Below are positions 51,394-63,773 of a DNA stretch of 64,000 nt, piece after piece. Numbering within the stretch: position 1 is the stretch's first letter; each line of letters opens with the position of its first letter. The notes under the pieces were generated by a model that did no database searches, was not told where the DNA came from, and saw nothing but the letters and a program-made list of their open reading frames with translations. Both the position numbers and the translations under genes were made by a program. The DNA comes from Octopus vulgaris (taxonomy: Eukaryota): positions 127,038,001 through 127,102,000 of the forward strand of contig OX597815.1 in NCBI GenBank assembly GCA_951406725.2, in the 5' to 3' direction.

Positions 51394-51614
51394 CCCTTTA
51401 GCATTTAAATCAGTCATATCTGGCCCAAAATGTCCTACCTATTTTATGGTTGAAGTGGCCAGATCTGGCTTCTCATACCTACTTGACAATGTCATTCAAA
51501 TCATAAGCATACACATCATTGAAATCTCAAAGCTATGAGATAATGCTTGATTACTTCAAAGCAATGTGAATGAATAAGCATTACAATTGAGAGGATAACC
51601 AGATTGCTAAAGGG
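51394..51614. mobile_element. piggyBac-type MITE (copy 1)
   Basis: TIR CCCTTTAGCA/TGCTAAAGGG; (A/T)TAA and TTAA flanks; homologous to 52198-52419. Confidence 0.75.
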
Positions 51615-51761
51615 TTAAGCAACTCTTTAAAGACAAACCAATTGAGACTACAGCAGTAGAATAAAAATTAGTTGTCATGAGAAAATAGTCATAGCATTCA
51701 TTTATTCATAAGTAAAAGATGTAGAAGAAGAAAAGTTCAAGATCTGGAAAGAATTACTTAC

Positions 51762-51922
51762 ACTGAATAATGAAACAGGAAGAGCAAGCCGCTCATGGAG
51801 TGGTATGCACTGAAGGCTTTCTGCAAGCTTTTCACAATTTAAGGCAACAAAACTTGAATTAATTGATTTCTCATCTTCCCATTCTTTTTCGTCTTTAAAT
51901 CGAAACTGTGACAAAGAATCAG
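51762..51922 (-). CDS. AVEN: Aven-like gene, coding exon 3
   Basis: TTTTTAG| acceptor, phase 1; encodes DSLSQFRFKDEKEW...LAESLQCIPLHERL (Aven SQFRFxEEKEW and LxxLPLxxRL); |GTAAGT donor, phase 0. Confidence 0.92.
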
Positions 51923-52197
51923 CTAAAAATAAGACATAAAAAGGTTTGCTTTTTATCAAATGTACAAACAAAAAGAATCAAAATACAATACAAAAACAGT
52001 ATTCTAAAGGTGTTAATAGACCCAAAGGTAGCATTAATTTAATGAAGCAACAATCTATTTCTTTATTTATCTCTGCTTTTGGAGCCAGATTGAATGAAAA
52101 GAGCCAACACAATAAGTGTTAGATCTTAAGGCTAAAAGTTAGACAAAAACCACAAATAGGTTTTATATTATCATTACTTGAAACAACATCAAATTAA

Positions 52198-52419
52198 CGC
52201 TTTAGCATTAAAACTGGCCCCTTATTTGACCCGAATATTTTACCTGTTTTATGTTCAAACCAGCTAAATATGGTTTCTCACACCTACAACGCAATGCCAC
52301 TCTAAAAATAAACTGTCATATCTTAGAAATTTCAAAGCTAAGAGATAAAGAATGATTAATTCAAAACAATGTGTATAAATAAGCATTACATTTGACAGAA
52401 TAATCTGTACGCTAAAGAA
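52198..52419. mobile_element. piggyBac-type MITE (copy 2)
   Basis: TTAA flanks, decayed TIRs, colinear with copy 1. Confidence 0.72.
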
Positions 52420-54789
52420 TTAAACAAGACAATTAGCAAAGGAAAAAGAAGTCTTTCCAATCAACCTGCTAGAAATAGCAACCAAATCTTTCTCAAATTG
52501 TACTCTGCCATCTTAAAATGAAGGTGATATTGGATAATGTAACTGTGGGTGTGTGATGTCTAAAAGTAAAAAGACAGGAAGGAATGGTCATGACTAGAAT
52601 GCTTTAGATAATAGGTCTATTCAATTAGTGCTGATTCGAAATTAAGTAACCAGTAATCAGTAGTTAATTATATACCAGTCTGACTTTTACCAGAGAGGAT
52701 TTTTAGGCATCTTATCATAGTAAGGACAGCAGGATGCTGATGACAATAATGATAGCTACCTCAATAGACAACAACATCAGTTCATGACACATCATCATCA
52801 TTTAATCAACACAAGTCTTTATTGTTGTATAGCCTTGATCAATTCCTACCATGCAGAGTTATGATATTTAAGTCACCAGCTGTAAACAAGGAGCAACCCA
52901 TAAATCAAGTGCTCCAGATATATTATGCCTCTATTTCTAGCCTAATTGACAACCTCATACAGTAGTTTACTGTGTATGGTAGTGTGACAGTCAGGATATG
53001 TTGTATCTTTTTTGTGATTCAGGTTTTTCTTCTGCACCTAGAAAGAACTCAAAACAATCCACTACACACCATAGCATGTGGCACACTGACAACCACACCC
53101 GTAAATCAGTTACACAATCAGAATATTAAAAAAGTAGAAGAACACTTGGACATGCAAAAAGTATAGCTTATTGCCACAGAAAGCTTCAATTCCATCACTC
53201 CTTGTTACTACATAGAAAAAACACTCCCAAACATTCAGAGACCTACACAACACCTCAGAACTACAACATCCTAAAAATACTGTTTCTGTCACTCAGCTTG
53301 GATAAGCATAAGATACACATCCATACAGAATAGCTACAACATTAATAGCTTCACCTACTCTAATCAGTGCTGCACTAATAGGTTGTGCTCTGACAAATCC
53401 ACCTTGCCCCTCTCTGGTATGACCACCACCAGAAAAAAATCAGACAATAGAGAAAGTTCAATAAAAGTGTGCAGTATGTATTGAGTGTGCAATATGGCTC
53501 TCAGCAAGATATGACATAACTGGAAACATGAGACCACATGTCACACTTTGTTAATTGGTCAACTACCCAAAAGACCATGTAATGAGACCTAACCTACACA
53601 ACAAGAACTCTTGGAGTTTCATGTTATATACAGTGCTTATGATTAGAAGAAAGCCTAAAGGCAACTACTTAGTATTGAGTATTCACCTTTTTGATTATAA
53701 CAAAAGTATTATCATTAAACATACAATTTGAATCTTGAGAATATACTCTCATACTTCATTGTCTTCCTTCCAGCTACTCCCACCCACTCTTATATAATGT
53801 GGATTAGCCATAGCAAGACACCTATATCTGTCTTTCTATCACACTTCAGTCTGTCAACATCAGGCATAAAGCCATCTCTCTACTACAACCTTCTTCAGTT
53901 GAGGGGCCTTTCCCTTTCTCTTGTGAGATACTTGGTGACCTTAAGCATCCAGTACACCCTGTAAAGTGGTTAGCATTAGGAATGACACCCAGTCATAGAA
54001 ACCATGCATATCAGTTTGGAGCTCAAAACAGTACAGTCGCTTGTAGGATTCTGTCAAACTTTCCAATCCATGCCAGCATAAAAGACGAACATTAAACAAA
54101 GATGATGTTGCAGATGTAACCGTGTGGTTAATTCAATTGCCAACCCAAGGTTTCAGGTTCAGACCCACTGTGAGGCACTTGGGACAAGTGTCTTCTACTA
54201 TAACCTCAGGCTTATCAAAGCATTGTGAATGGACTTGACAGACGAAATATATGTGTTTATGAGTGTGTATGTTTGTCATTGTCTTGACATTACATGTGAA
54301 TGGTGCCATCAAACAAGCAGTCATTCATTTTCAGTTTACAGTGAAAACATGTCAAGCCAAAGGAAAGTATTAGCTTACTTGGAAACAGGTGAGGGTTGGC
54401 AACAGGAAGGGCATCTGGCTGTAAAAAATCTACCTCAACAAATTCTATCTGACTCAAGTGAAGATGAAAAAGTGTTAGTAGAAATAATGATGATGATGCA
54501 AGATATGGCCATCTCACTCATCTAAGAAGGGCAGTAATTCCAAATAGCTGACTTGAAAGAGGAAAACCTGTCCAATGTATTGAAAGTGGACATGTAATGA
54601 ACACACACACATATATTTTGGGTTCAAATTCCACTGAGGATGACTTTGGCTTCCATCATTTCAGAGTTGACCAAAATAGGTACCAGTTGAGCACTGGGGT
54701 TGATGAAATTGACTTCTCCCTCCCCTCAAAATTGCTGGCCTTGTGCCAAAATTAGAAAGAATTATCATTAATATTATTATCAACAATAC

Positions 54790-54952
54790 CTGTTTGACTG
54801 AGCAAGCTTACAAAGTCAACACCAATCTGCTGAGGTTTCACATCATCTTCATCTTCTGGTGGTAAAGGAGCATAACGATCCCAATTACTGGCAAGTTTTC
54901 TCCGTCGAAATAAAGGCTTAGAAACACTGTCAAGTTCTTCAGAATCACTCAC
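54790..54952 (-). CDS. AVEN: Aven-like gene, coding exon 2
   Basis: TTCCAG| acceptor; encodes FRRRKLASNWDRY...GVDFVSLLSQT, matching the Aven motifs RRKIxSNWDRY and GxDFSVLLS; G|GTATTG donor, phase 1. Confidence 0.92.
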
Positions 54953-55670
54953 CTGGAATAATGGATCATTAATATTCTTATTTAAGGATCTGAAATTTCA
55001 CAGTCAAATGATTAAGAAAATACATATCAACTAAGGTTTTATATTTAATATCATTTTTATTAATCTGATGCTGTGATATTCTTCAAATCTGGAAGCATTA
55101 TCCAATTTAATTGTGTTCCGTCATTCTTCCAAAATGATAAAAATCTAGTTCAGAAAACATTTTACAAGTAATGTAAGTTTCATCTCCATAAACCACAATA
55201 TAACCAACAGGAAACGTCACAACTTTCAGACCACTAAAAACTTACCTGCGTAAATACATGGTCTCGAATTTGTCAAGTGGAAGTAATATTGATTTCTAAC
55301 AAAGCCTCAAATTTAGAGGAGAGAATATTCGATTAAACCGACCCAAGTACCAGGATGCTACATTCAGTTTAACGACCAACGGTAAGTATGAAAAACAAAA
55401 TTTCGGTGGCATTTGAACGTAAACGTTTGTCCCACGTTCGGGGATTTTATCGTACCCTACATAGAATGAGTCAAAGCTGACCTCAACGGGATTTGAACTC
55501 AGGACATAAAGAACCTGAAAAATAAACGCAAAGCACTTCCCCGACACTAAAGATTCTTCCAGCTCAATAACATCAACGAAAATAGATGGCTATATAACCT
55601 GGTAGTCGGGATTTAATTCCACGACAACTATACATTGTTTAACGTTCGTAATACAAAATATTTTCCTTAC

Positions 55671-55829
55671 ATCTGTAAAATCTTCTTTCTGATGATTCAA
55701 GTGTGATTCCGTTTTCTTCGTTCCATGTTCTTGTCCTTTGTTTTCTTTGTGCTCTTTGCCTTTGGTAGGAATTCCATGCTTCTTTTTATATTGCTGACTT
55801 TTTTTCTGTTTGTGCTGGTCAGGCCTCAT
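55671..55829 (-). CDS. AVEN: Aven-like gene, coding exon 1 (MRPDQHKQKK...EDFTD)
   Basis: ATG at 55829 in AAAC-ATG context; 53 codons; GAT|GTAAGG donor, phase 0, matching exon 2. Confidence 0.85.
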
Positions 55830-56450
55830 GTTTTCGACATCACTAAGGCCCTCTTCTGTTTTGAGAAATAGGAAACACTATTCACGTCTTTTAGAGTTAT
55901 TCCCCCTCACAACTGTATGATTATCTTGTGTATTCCAACAACGGACATACACACACACTTCGCTCTCTACCACTTCTATCTATCTGCCTTTCTTTTGCTC
56001 AACTTCTGTGACATTAAATATGAATAAATATATAAATAAATCTTAACAATTAGTGAAACATTGTTACAACGCAATAGATATTAGTCGAATAAATGTGTGT
56101 GTGCGTTTGTGCATTATAGTTGACTAAGAATCCACAAGTTTATTTGTTAAAATGAGTGGGTAGATTAATATTTAAATTTGTGTGTGGGTGAGTGCGTGTC
56201 TGCGAGCGTGCACACGCAATCACACAATCCTTTACATTATTGTCCTGTTAGAATTATTCCCCTTTACATATTACCCTAAATAATTCGGAACGTCAAACGT
56301 TCCCCTCATTCGCCTCCGAGAGAAATATGTATTAAATTTTCCAATGAAGTGGGATGACTCTCACTCGAAAACCACAAAGTTTACGAAATGTGAACGAAGT
56401 TAGTGTGTATTATTGTTAAAATATTGTAACAACAAGGGATTCGTATCATG
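55830..56450 (-). promoter_or_regulatory. Putative 5'UTR/promoter region of the Aven-like gene
   Basis: Lies immediately upstream of the ATG, is largely free of transposons, and retains visibly more CpG than the surrounding DNA. TSS cannot be placed. Confidence 0.4.
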
Positions 56451-57262
56451 ATTCTTGATTATTTTGTAAATTAAAATAGTAAATATAATTTATCGATACA
56501 AATACAGATATAGTTAAATATTGTTAATACAGCAAACGATATCATTAATAATACGATTAAACAATGTGCTCCTTTCGCTTTGAATTCTCCGGAAATATTT
56601 TCCGAAATAGCAATGGTAAATCCCTTATATTTTAGCATTCTTTGAATTGGCTTTTTGCTACGTATATTCAATATGTTTCGTGATAACCTCAGTTATTGGA
56701 ATTCACAAAATCCATTCGATGGTTTATTACTTGATGAAGATTCCTCTTTCTTTACACGTACACACACCACATACACACACACACACACACACACACCTTT
56801 AAAATATTTAAAATATTTATAAGAGACAAAAATAGTTTCTGCCTAAATGCTTTAATTTTCAAAAAGATTTTAAGAATGACACTTTTACTATGAATATGAA
56901 TTGAATGGCAAGGAGCTAGCAGAATCCTCAGCACACTGGACAAAATGCATAGCAGCATTTCTCCTGGCACATTTACTCTTCTAAGTTCAAGTTCTGCTAA
57001 GGTCAGCTCTGTCTTTCATCTCTTCAGAGTACGTAAATTTGCTCGCTTTGTGTCAAAATTTGAAATTTGAAACTATGAAACAATGATAACAACAAAGCAG
57101 CAACAAATTGAAAGAAATGAGGAAGCTCTGCTAAACATTTCGCCCAGCTTGCTAAAGATTCTGTCGGCTCACCACCTTAATAATAATAATGATGATGATA
57201 ATAATGGTAATAATAATAATAATAATTAATAGTCATGAAATAATGATGGTTGATGAAAAAGG

Positions 57263-57500
57263 TGGTAGTAGTACCAATAATTGTTGGAGCCCTGGGAACA
57301 ATGAGTAAAAATCTTGAGAGTTACATGGAACAAATAGGGGCTGCAATAAGGGTGGAGTGCTTGCAGAAAACGGCACTGCTTGGAACCGCTTACATACTTT
57401 AAATGGCGCTTGAAAAATAAGGGATGTTACATAAGTTCACTGGTAGTGAACAGCTGGCACCATAGTACATTTCCAGTGTTAGAAGCTGTGCAAAGACAAT
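57263..57500 (+). mobile_element. 3' fragment of a divergent R4/Dong-like element
   Basis: Translates VVVPIIVGALGTMSKNL...LQKTALLGTA; lies between (TAA)n tracts. Confidence 0.8.
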
Positions 57501-57543
57501 AAATAATAATAATAATAATAATAATAATGATAATAATAATAAT

Positions 57544-58363
57544 GAAATAGACAAAGAAAAATCCCAGCAATGGTTGAGAAGCTCAGGACTCAAAGCAGAA
57601 ACAGAGGGATTTTTAATTGCAGCACAAGACCAAAGCCTCCCCACCAGAAATTACCAAAAACATGTAATGAAAAGAAATATTACAAGTAACTGCAGAATAT
57701 GTGGAGATGGACAAGAAACAATAAATCATATTATCTCTAGCTGCCCAGTCCTGGCTAAGAAGGAATATATTCACAGACATGACAGAGTTGGAACTTACAT
57801 ACATTGGAAGCTATGCCAACATTATGGAATAACAACAGAAAAAAGATGGTATAGGCACACACCAGAAAAGGTCACAGAAAACGAGAAAGCAACCATACTC
57901 TGGGATATGCCGATACACACAGATAGAGAAATTAAGGCCAACAGACCAGATATAGTTGTCAGAGACCATGAAGAAAAAAATGCTTTCTAATTGATGTATC
58001 AGTACCGGCAGATGACAACGTGTCTCTAAAAGAAATGGAGAAACTCTCAAAATACAAAGACCTGGAAATAGAGGTAACTAGAATGTGGAATCTGAAAACA
58101 GAAACAATTCCTATCATAGTAGGTGCATTAGGCATGATAAAAAAATATTCAGACAAATACATAACAAAAACACCAGGACTTACAAACACATATAACATAC
58201 AGAAAATTGCACTACTGGGCACTGCACACATCCTACGCAGAACACTTTCCATACAATAACCATCAGAGCATCACAACAAATCACAGCACATACCCAAGGC
58301 ACACAGAGCTGTGCTCGGTAGTGAAGTGAAAGCACGCTATAAAAATAAAAATAAAACTACTGA
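57544..58363 (+). mobile_element. 5'-truncated R4/Dong-like element (CCHC + RLE + 3'UTR)
   Basis: ORFs 57574-57990 and 58020-58259 (CRICG..ETINHIISSC, RHD, RPDIVV, PIIVGALG); frameshift in an A-run; (TAA)n on both sides. Confidence 0.92.
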
Positions 58364-58389
58364 ATAATAATAATAATAATAATAATAAT

Positions 58390-58910
58390 GGTTCTGATCT
58401 TAACTGATTGGAAGTGTTATCATGTACATTGTTTTGTCTTGGTATAAAAGATGGGCTACAGCAAATATTCTGCTCAATACGACAGATTTGCTTGTCAGTT
58501 GTTTGACCTTAACCAGTTGAGCATGTCCTTAAGTGGCTGACGATATGTGCATCTCTGATCACGAGCAGAAGTAGTGGGGGAGCATCATAGCCATGTGTTG
58601 AGAGGGATTCTTTGGGGTTTGAATAATTTACCTCTGGAAACATGAGTGGTTCTTTCAACATCCTTAAACAACCCTTATTCAGGGACCTTTTGAGCGGGAT
58701 GGGCTACTCAACCTGAAGAAAATTCTAACTGGGCCCCACCTGCAAGGTCATGTGCTGTTTATCTTGATATGAGATTACCATGTCGCGCACATATGGTTGT
58801 GATGCATGTGCCTGGTGTACCCTTATCAGACAGGTAGTCATGATGGGTATATTGGGCTTCGTATATTTTACCCCAGTGTCACTTTGATGGCATGAACTGC
58901 TCTCTCACTC
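58390..58910. mobile_element. Non-coding interspersed element bounded by (TAA)n tracts, unclassified
   Basis: About 520 bp of higher-complexity sequence exactly between two TAA tracts; no recognisable ORF. Confidence 0.5.
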
Positions 58911-58939
58911 AATAATAATAATGATGATAATGATAATAG

Positions 58940-60845
58940 ACAAAGTGAAGAGCGTGATGCAATAGCAATAGATATTGTATTTGTTGAACGATATTTCAAG
59001 AGGAAGCCTGTCTTTGTCAAGTTTGAAATAGAAAGTTATAAAAATTCAAAATTATAGAAATTCAAATCTAAAATATGAGCAAGAGCAACCAGCATCCACA
59101 TGTTGATGGAATGACATTATTAGTCAATTTTATCACAGGCGAAAAGAAATGGTTTTGATTTTAGCACGAAAATGACTCCCACCTCAAAGATCAAGAATGG
59201 CAGGATATAACAACTGAACTGAAGAAGTGATAACGGCACTCACCAAGTCAAAGAAATGGAAATTTTTGGCTAAACTCTTTAATGGGCACCCACCACAACT
59301 TTGTTGTAGCACACAATGAAGTCATGTCCAATCCTGCGAAAGCCCCAAAGTGGTTTACAGAAGTGATTACATATCTCTTACCAAAAGCAGAAGAAACTAC
59401 TAACCCACCAAAATACCAACCCATAACATGCCTCACTACCATACATAAACTATTAACATCTATAATAGTGAATAGAGCATATGAATTCTTAGACAATAGG
59501 AAGTTATTCCTAGTGGAACAAAAGAGATGTAAAATGAGTTCATATGGAGGTAAGGACCAATTACTGATTGGTGAAATGATCATTGAAAATTGCAAATCCA
59601 AACACAGAAACCTTAGCACTGCTTGGATAGATTACAAGAAGGCTTCAAGGCCCTGGAAATTTATAAGATAGCTTCAACAATTGTGAACTTTTTAAAAATA
59701 ATAATGAACTTGTGGAAAAACCACCCTCATTTTAAACCATACACAAGGATATGCCACCTCACCAGTGGTATCTTTCAAAGCAACTCATTACCACCATTAC
59801 TATTCTGCTTCACTCTGTTCCCTTTATCCACACAATTGAATAATGCTAAGAGAGGGTATAAGATCTTTGACCAGAAAATTAATCATCTACTCTATATGGA
59901 TGATCTAAAACTGTTTGCCAAAAATTACAAAGAGGAGCTCCTGAATATTATCAATGAATTCGGCTCTGATATTGGTATGGAATTTGAACTTGATAAATAT
60001 GTAAAAGCTACTTTTAAGGCAGAGAAGTTCATAAAGATAGAAAACATAGAACTTGATACTACCATAAGTAGAAGTATCTTGTAATATCTTTACAAGGTAC
60101 TGAATGCACCATCCAAAATCAGATGTAGACAGGATTTATCTCCCAAGAAAAATAGGTGGAAGAGGTTTGATATAGCTTGAACAATACTTCAAATCAGCTT
60201 TGAAACATCTTTTAATACAACAAGTGATGTGCTCTTATGAACTACACTGAAGTATGAAGATTCCAAGCAAGCTTCAGTCATGAAGCTTAGTCAGAAATTT
60301 TTAAAATCTCTTGGCCTACAAGTTAGCAATAAGAATAATCAAAGACATCCAAATACTGACAGACCTACCATTACTTCTCCTGATTTAGAAATTAGCAATC
60401 AGAAAGACAAAAGAGCTCCAAATAGTGACAAACCTATCGTTGATGCAAAGAAAATCCAAACAAAAAGCAAAGGTTTGCATGAATATATTTAAGACAACTG
60501 GAAAGGTAAACTCCTGCATGGAAAATACTTTAAACACCTGTCCAAGCCAGATATTGATCAAAATATAACACACCAATGGCTACAAAAGACAGGTCCGAAA
60601 GGGGAAACAGAAGGTTAGTTATTGCAGTGCAAAAATCAGAGCTTACCTACCAGAAACTACCATGCAAACGTCCTTAAAAATGGATCTGACCCCTCATGCA
60701 GAATTTGCAAACAACTCACAGAGACAGTTGATCATGTTGTTTCTGGCTGCCCTGTCATTGTTGAAAAGGAGTACTTCATAATACATAACAGACTAGGGCA
60801 GTACATCCACTGGAATTCTTGTAAACACTACAATATTACACATTT
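58940..60845 (+). pseudogene. Degraded R4/Dong-like element (RT to CCHC)
   Basis: Fragments KYQPITCL, STAWIDYKK, GIFQSNSLPP, HLLYMDDLKL, CRICKQLTETVDHVVSGC, with many frameshifts and stops. Confidence 0.88.
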
Positions 60846-60999
60846 GCCTATCATTTGCTTGACTTCATTTATTTTATTATTTTTTTTCTTCTGTCAATGC
60901 CAGAGTATTGAGGGGAGCGCAAGACCTGTCCTCTGACAGTCAAGCCTGACTCCTTTGCCAAACTAACAGAAGAAGAGTAGGAAAAGGCGAGTATTTAGC

Positions 61000-61990
61000 A
61001 CCTTTAAATAACCAGTGCTCTGGGCAAGCTGTACTCACTAGCGTTCGATGGTAAGCAGCCTAGGAAAAGGAACACTCTGAGTTCAAAATCAGGGGTGCAA
61101 GGACTCTGCAACCTTGGCGGACTACCTTGATGGTGTCTCAATAAAAATATCGGTCGGTAGTAACCTAAAAACACACCTCGTTTGTGAGTGAAAATGCCAA
61201 GCAAAATAGATGACAATAAAAGTGTGAACAGGACTGGAACCAATGATGAGGTTGCTGCACCCGGTAGGTGCCCCACTGTGCAGCAGGGTGAGCCTGATTG
61301 CAATCCAGCAGCTGCTAGCCATGCTACAATTCATAAGTGGAATAAACAAGTAAACATGATGGTTATGGAGTGTTACTACCGAAGCACCCCAGTGGATGTG
61401 AATGGCATCCCAGTGAAATGGTACAGATAATGAATGCACAATGAACAGAAGGCAATAGAACTGTTTGAAATTACTTAACAGAAATTATGTGACCAAGAAA
61501 GAGCAATACAAAAGAATGGATGGTTAATAATTGGAGCTAAAAGCTATAAAAAGAAGGATATCAGGTGATACTGAGCATGCGAGAAATGAAAATTATTATT
61601 ATTATTATTATTATTATTATTTTCTCTTTATCACAGGTTTTGTTGGAGCTCCTGGAGTCTTGCATGTGTACCAGGCTTAGTACCTGTAGCCAACAGAAAA
61701 TTCTACAGAATAGATTATTTGAGATAGACCAGAGATTTTATGACAAAATAAATAGTGGACAACGAAGTATTGAAGATGGGAAACTTAATGAAGAGGAAGC
61801 TTGAAAGTTCTGGAGTAATATTTGGGATAAACCAGTCAATCATAATGGAGATGTAGTATGGCTAAAGAAAGTGAGGGTAGAAGTAGTCAGTGAGAAGCCA
61901 GCTCTCATATTAACTAGTGCATTAATGAGTAAAGTGTTAGGGAAAATGCCAAATTGGAAGGACCCAGGACCAGATTTCGTCGAAGGGTAC
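61000..61990 (+). pseudogene. Degraded 5' portion of another R4/Dong-like element
   Basis: HKWNKQVNMMVMECYY resembles NKWTREEYKEVIYACYY of the full copy; later FWSNIW and MPNWKDPGPD match the pre-RT region; cut off by an RTE-tail repeat at about 61990. Confidence 0.75.
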
Positions 61991-62559
61991 TCATCATCAT
62001 TATCATCATCATCATTGTTTAACGTCCACTTTCCATGCTGGCATGGGTTGAACTGTTTGACTGAAGACTAGCAAGCCAGGAGGCTGCACCAGACTCCAAT
62101 CTGATTTGGCAAGGTCTCTACAGATGGATACCTTTCCTAATGTCAACCACTCTGAGAGTGTAGTGAGTGCTTTTTATGTGCCACCACCATGGGGGCCAGT
62201 CAGGTAGAATTTGCATTGACCACACTTGAATGGTGCTTTTTACATGCCACCGGCATGAGAGCCAGTCAGGTGGCACTGGCATCAACCACGTTCAAATAGT
62301 ACTTTTTATGTGCCACTGGCACTGATACTGGCCACGCTCAAATGGTGCTTTTTATGTGCTATCAGCACAGGTGCCAGTCAGGTAGAACTGGCATCGGCCA
62401 TGACAGCAATTTCACTTGATTCAACAAGTCTTCTCAAGCACAGCATATTGCCCAGTGATTAAAGGGTACTTCTAAATGGGCCTGTTATCAACACTGGCAT
62501 TGGCCACGGCTACAATCTTACTTGGCTTGCCAGGTCTTCTCAAGTACAAAATATCTCCA

Positions 62560-63773
62560 ATGATCTTGGTTGCTTCTCATTTTATCCTCTTTCCTTTGTT
62601 CCAATGTTTTGTCATCTTGGTTGGTTTTACAGTGCATTTGTATGCGTCCAATTTTTCCACAGTGAAAACATTCCACTTTCTTAAATGGGCAGTTTTTCTC
62701 AGGTGTAGACCTCAACATGCAAAACATGTTTCCTATTTCTTGTTCTGTTTGTATTGTATTCTTGTACACACTTGATTTCTATTCTGCCTATTTCACACTT
62801 GTTTCACTTGGGAGCCATCTTTATGTTCAATTTTCTCTCTGTCGTGTCTTAAATTTACTATTGTTTCACACTTTTCCAACACTATTTGTAAGGTTACAGC
62901 TTGGTTTTGTTCCAGCTTAGCGAGAATTTTTGTCCTTACTTCAGCATCTTTCTCTGCAGTTAGTCTCTGAGTAAATGTCAGGCACTTGAACATATCTGAC
63001 GTTAATTCATCCAACTTAAACTTTTCACATTTCCTGTTAACTCTACCAGCATGTGTGATATAGTCTCCTTCATTGTTCTTTTCTCAGTTCAAACATTTCC
63101 ATCTTGTATTCTCACTAAAAGTTTTACACAATATGTTTATTGTATCTTTAAAGTTTCTGTCAGAAGAGTTTTTCGGGAGTACGTAATTGCTGTAGTGCTC
63201 ATGTTCTCCTGCTACCAGTTTTCCTAAAATTAAACGCGTCTTCATATCATTGTCCAATCTTTGCACTCTTTATTGAAGATTTGTTCATATCTTCTATAAT
63301 AAGCCTTGAAGGTAGCTCCTTTTTTCTGGTTTTCACTTAAACTCAGTTATAGAGTTCCCAATTATAATATGATAAGAGCATTTTTTCAGCCTTTCCTGAC
63401 AACTTACTATTCATTAAATGCAGCATTTGTTGCTGTAATAGTAATTGATGTTGTTGTTCTTCCAATTGCTGTTTTTGCAGCTCAAGCAAACCAGTTAACA
63501 AATTTTCCATAATTTTATGATTTTTCCTCATAAAATTCACACAAAAAAGAAACTTTTGTCAGTTTATTAATTCTTTGTTGCCACTGTTGTAATCCTTTAT
63601 TGTTTGATTGTTACAACAGCCACTTTGGTATAGCAACACAGTTGTTAAACCACTAAAGACACAACTATCTAAGACCTTCTACTTTGTACTCTCTCTCTAT
63701 ACTGACCGACATTGACTAGCGCATACTACTGGTCATGTGGAAGGGGTATACCATTATTACTATTATCCCCACA
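62560..63773 (-). mobile_element. Degraded Gypsy-type LTR retrotransposon 5' end (LTR about 63585-63773, PBS-like site, gag)
   Basis: TG...CA-bounded ~190 bp followed by TGGCAACAAAG (PBS-like); gag fragments KTRLILGKL...YSNYVLP, DMFKCLTF...DAEVRTKILAKLE, and zinc knuckle CFHCGKIGRIQMHC. Confidence 0.8.

Noticed and set aside
55378-55388. Plus-strand ACG|GTAAGT donor suggesting an antisense or bidirectional gene
   Set aside because: No supporting plus-strand exon chain was found; a single motif is expected by chance.
62160-62400. CRISPR-like repeat/spacer pattern (GGTGCTTTTTATGTGCCAC units)
   Set aside because: The spacers are homologous to each other, the repeats are degenerate, there are no cas genes, and the context is eukaryotic; it is part of a dispersed retroelement tail.
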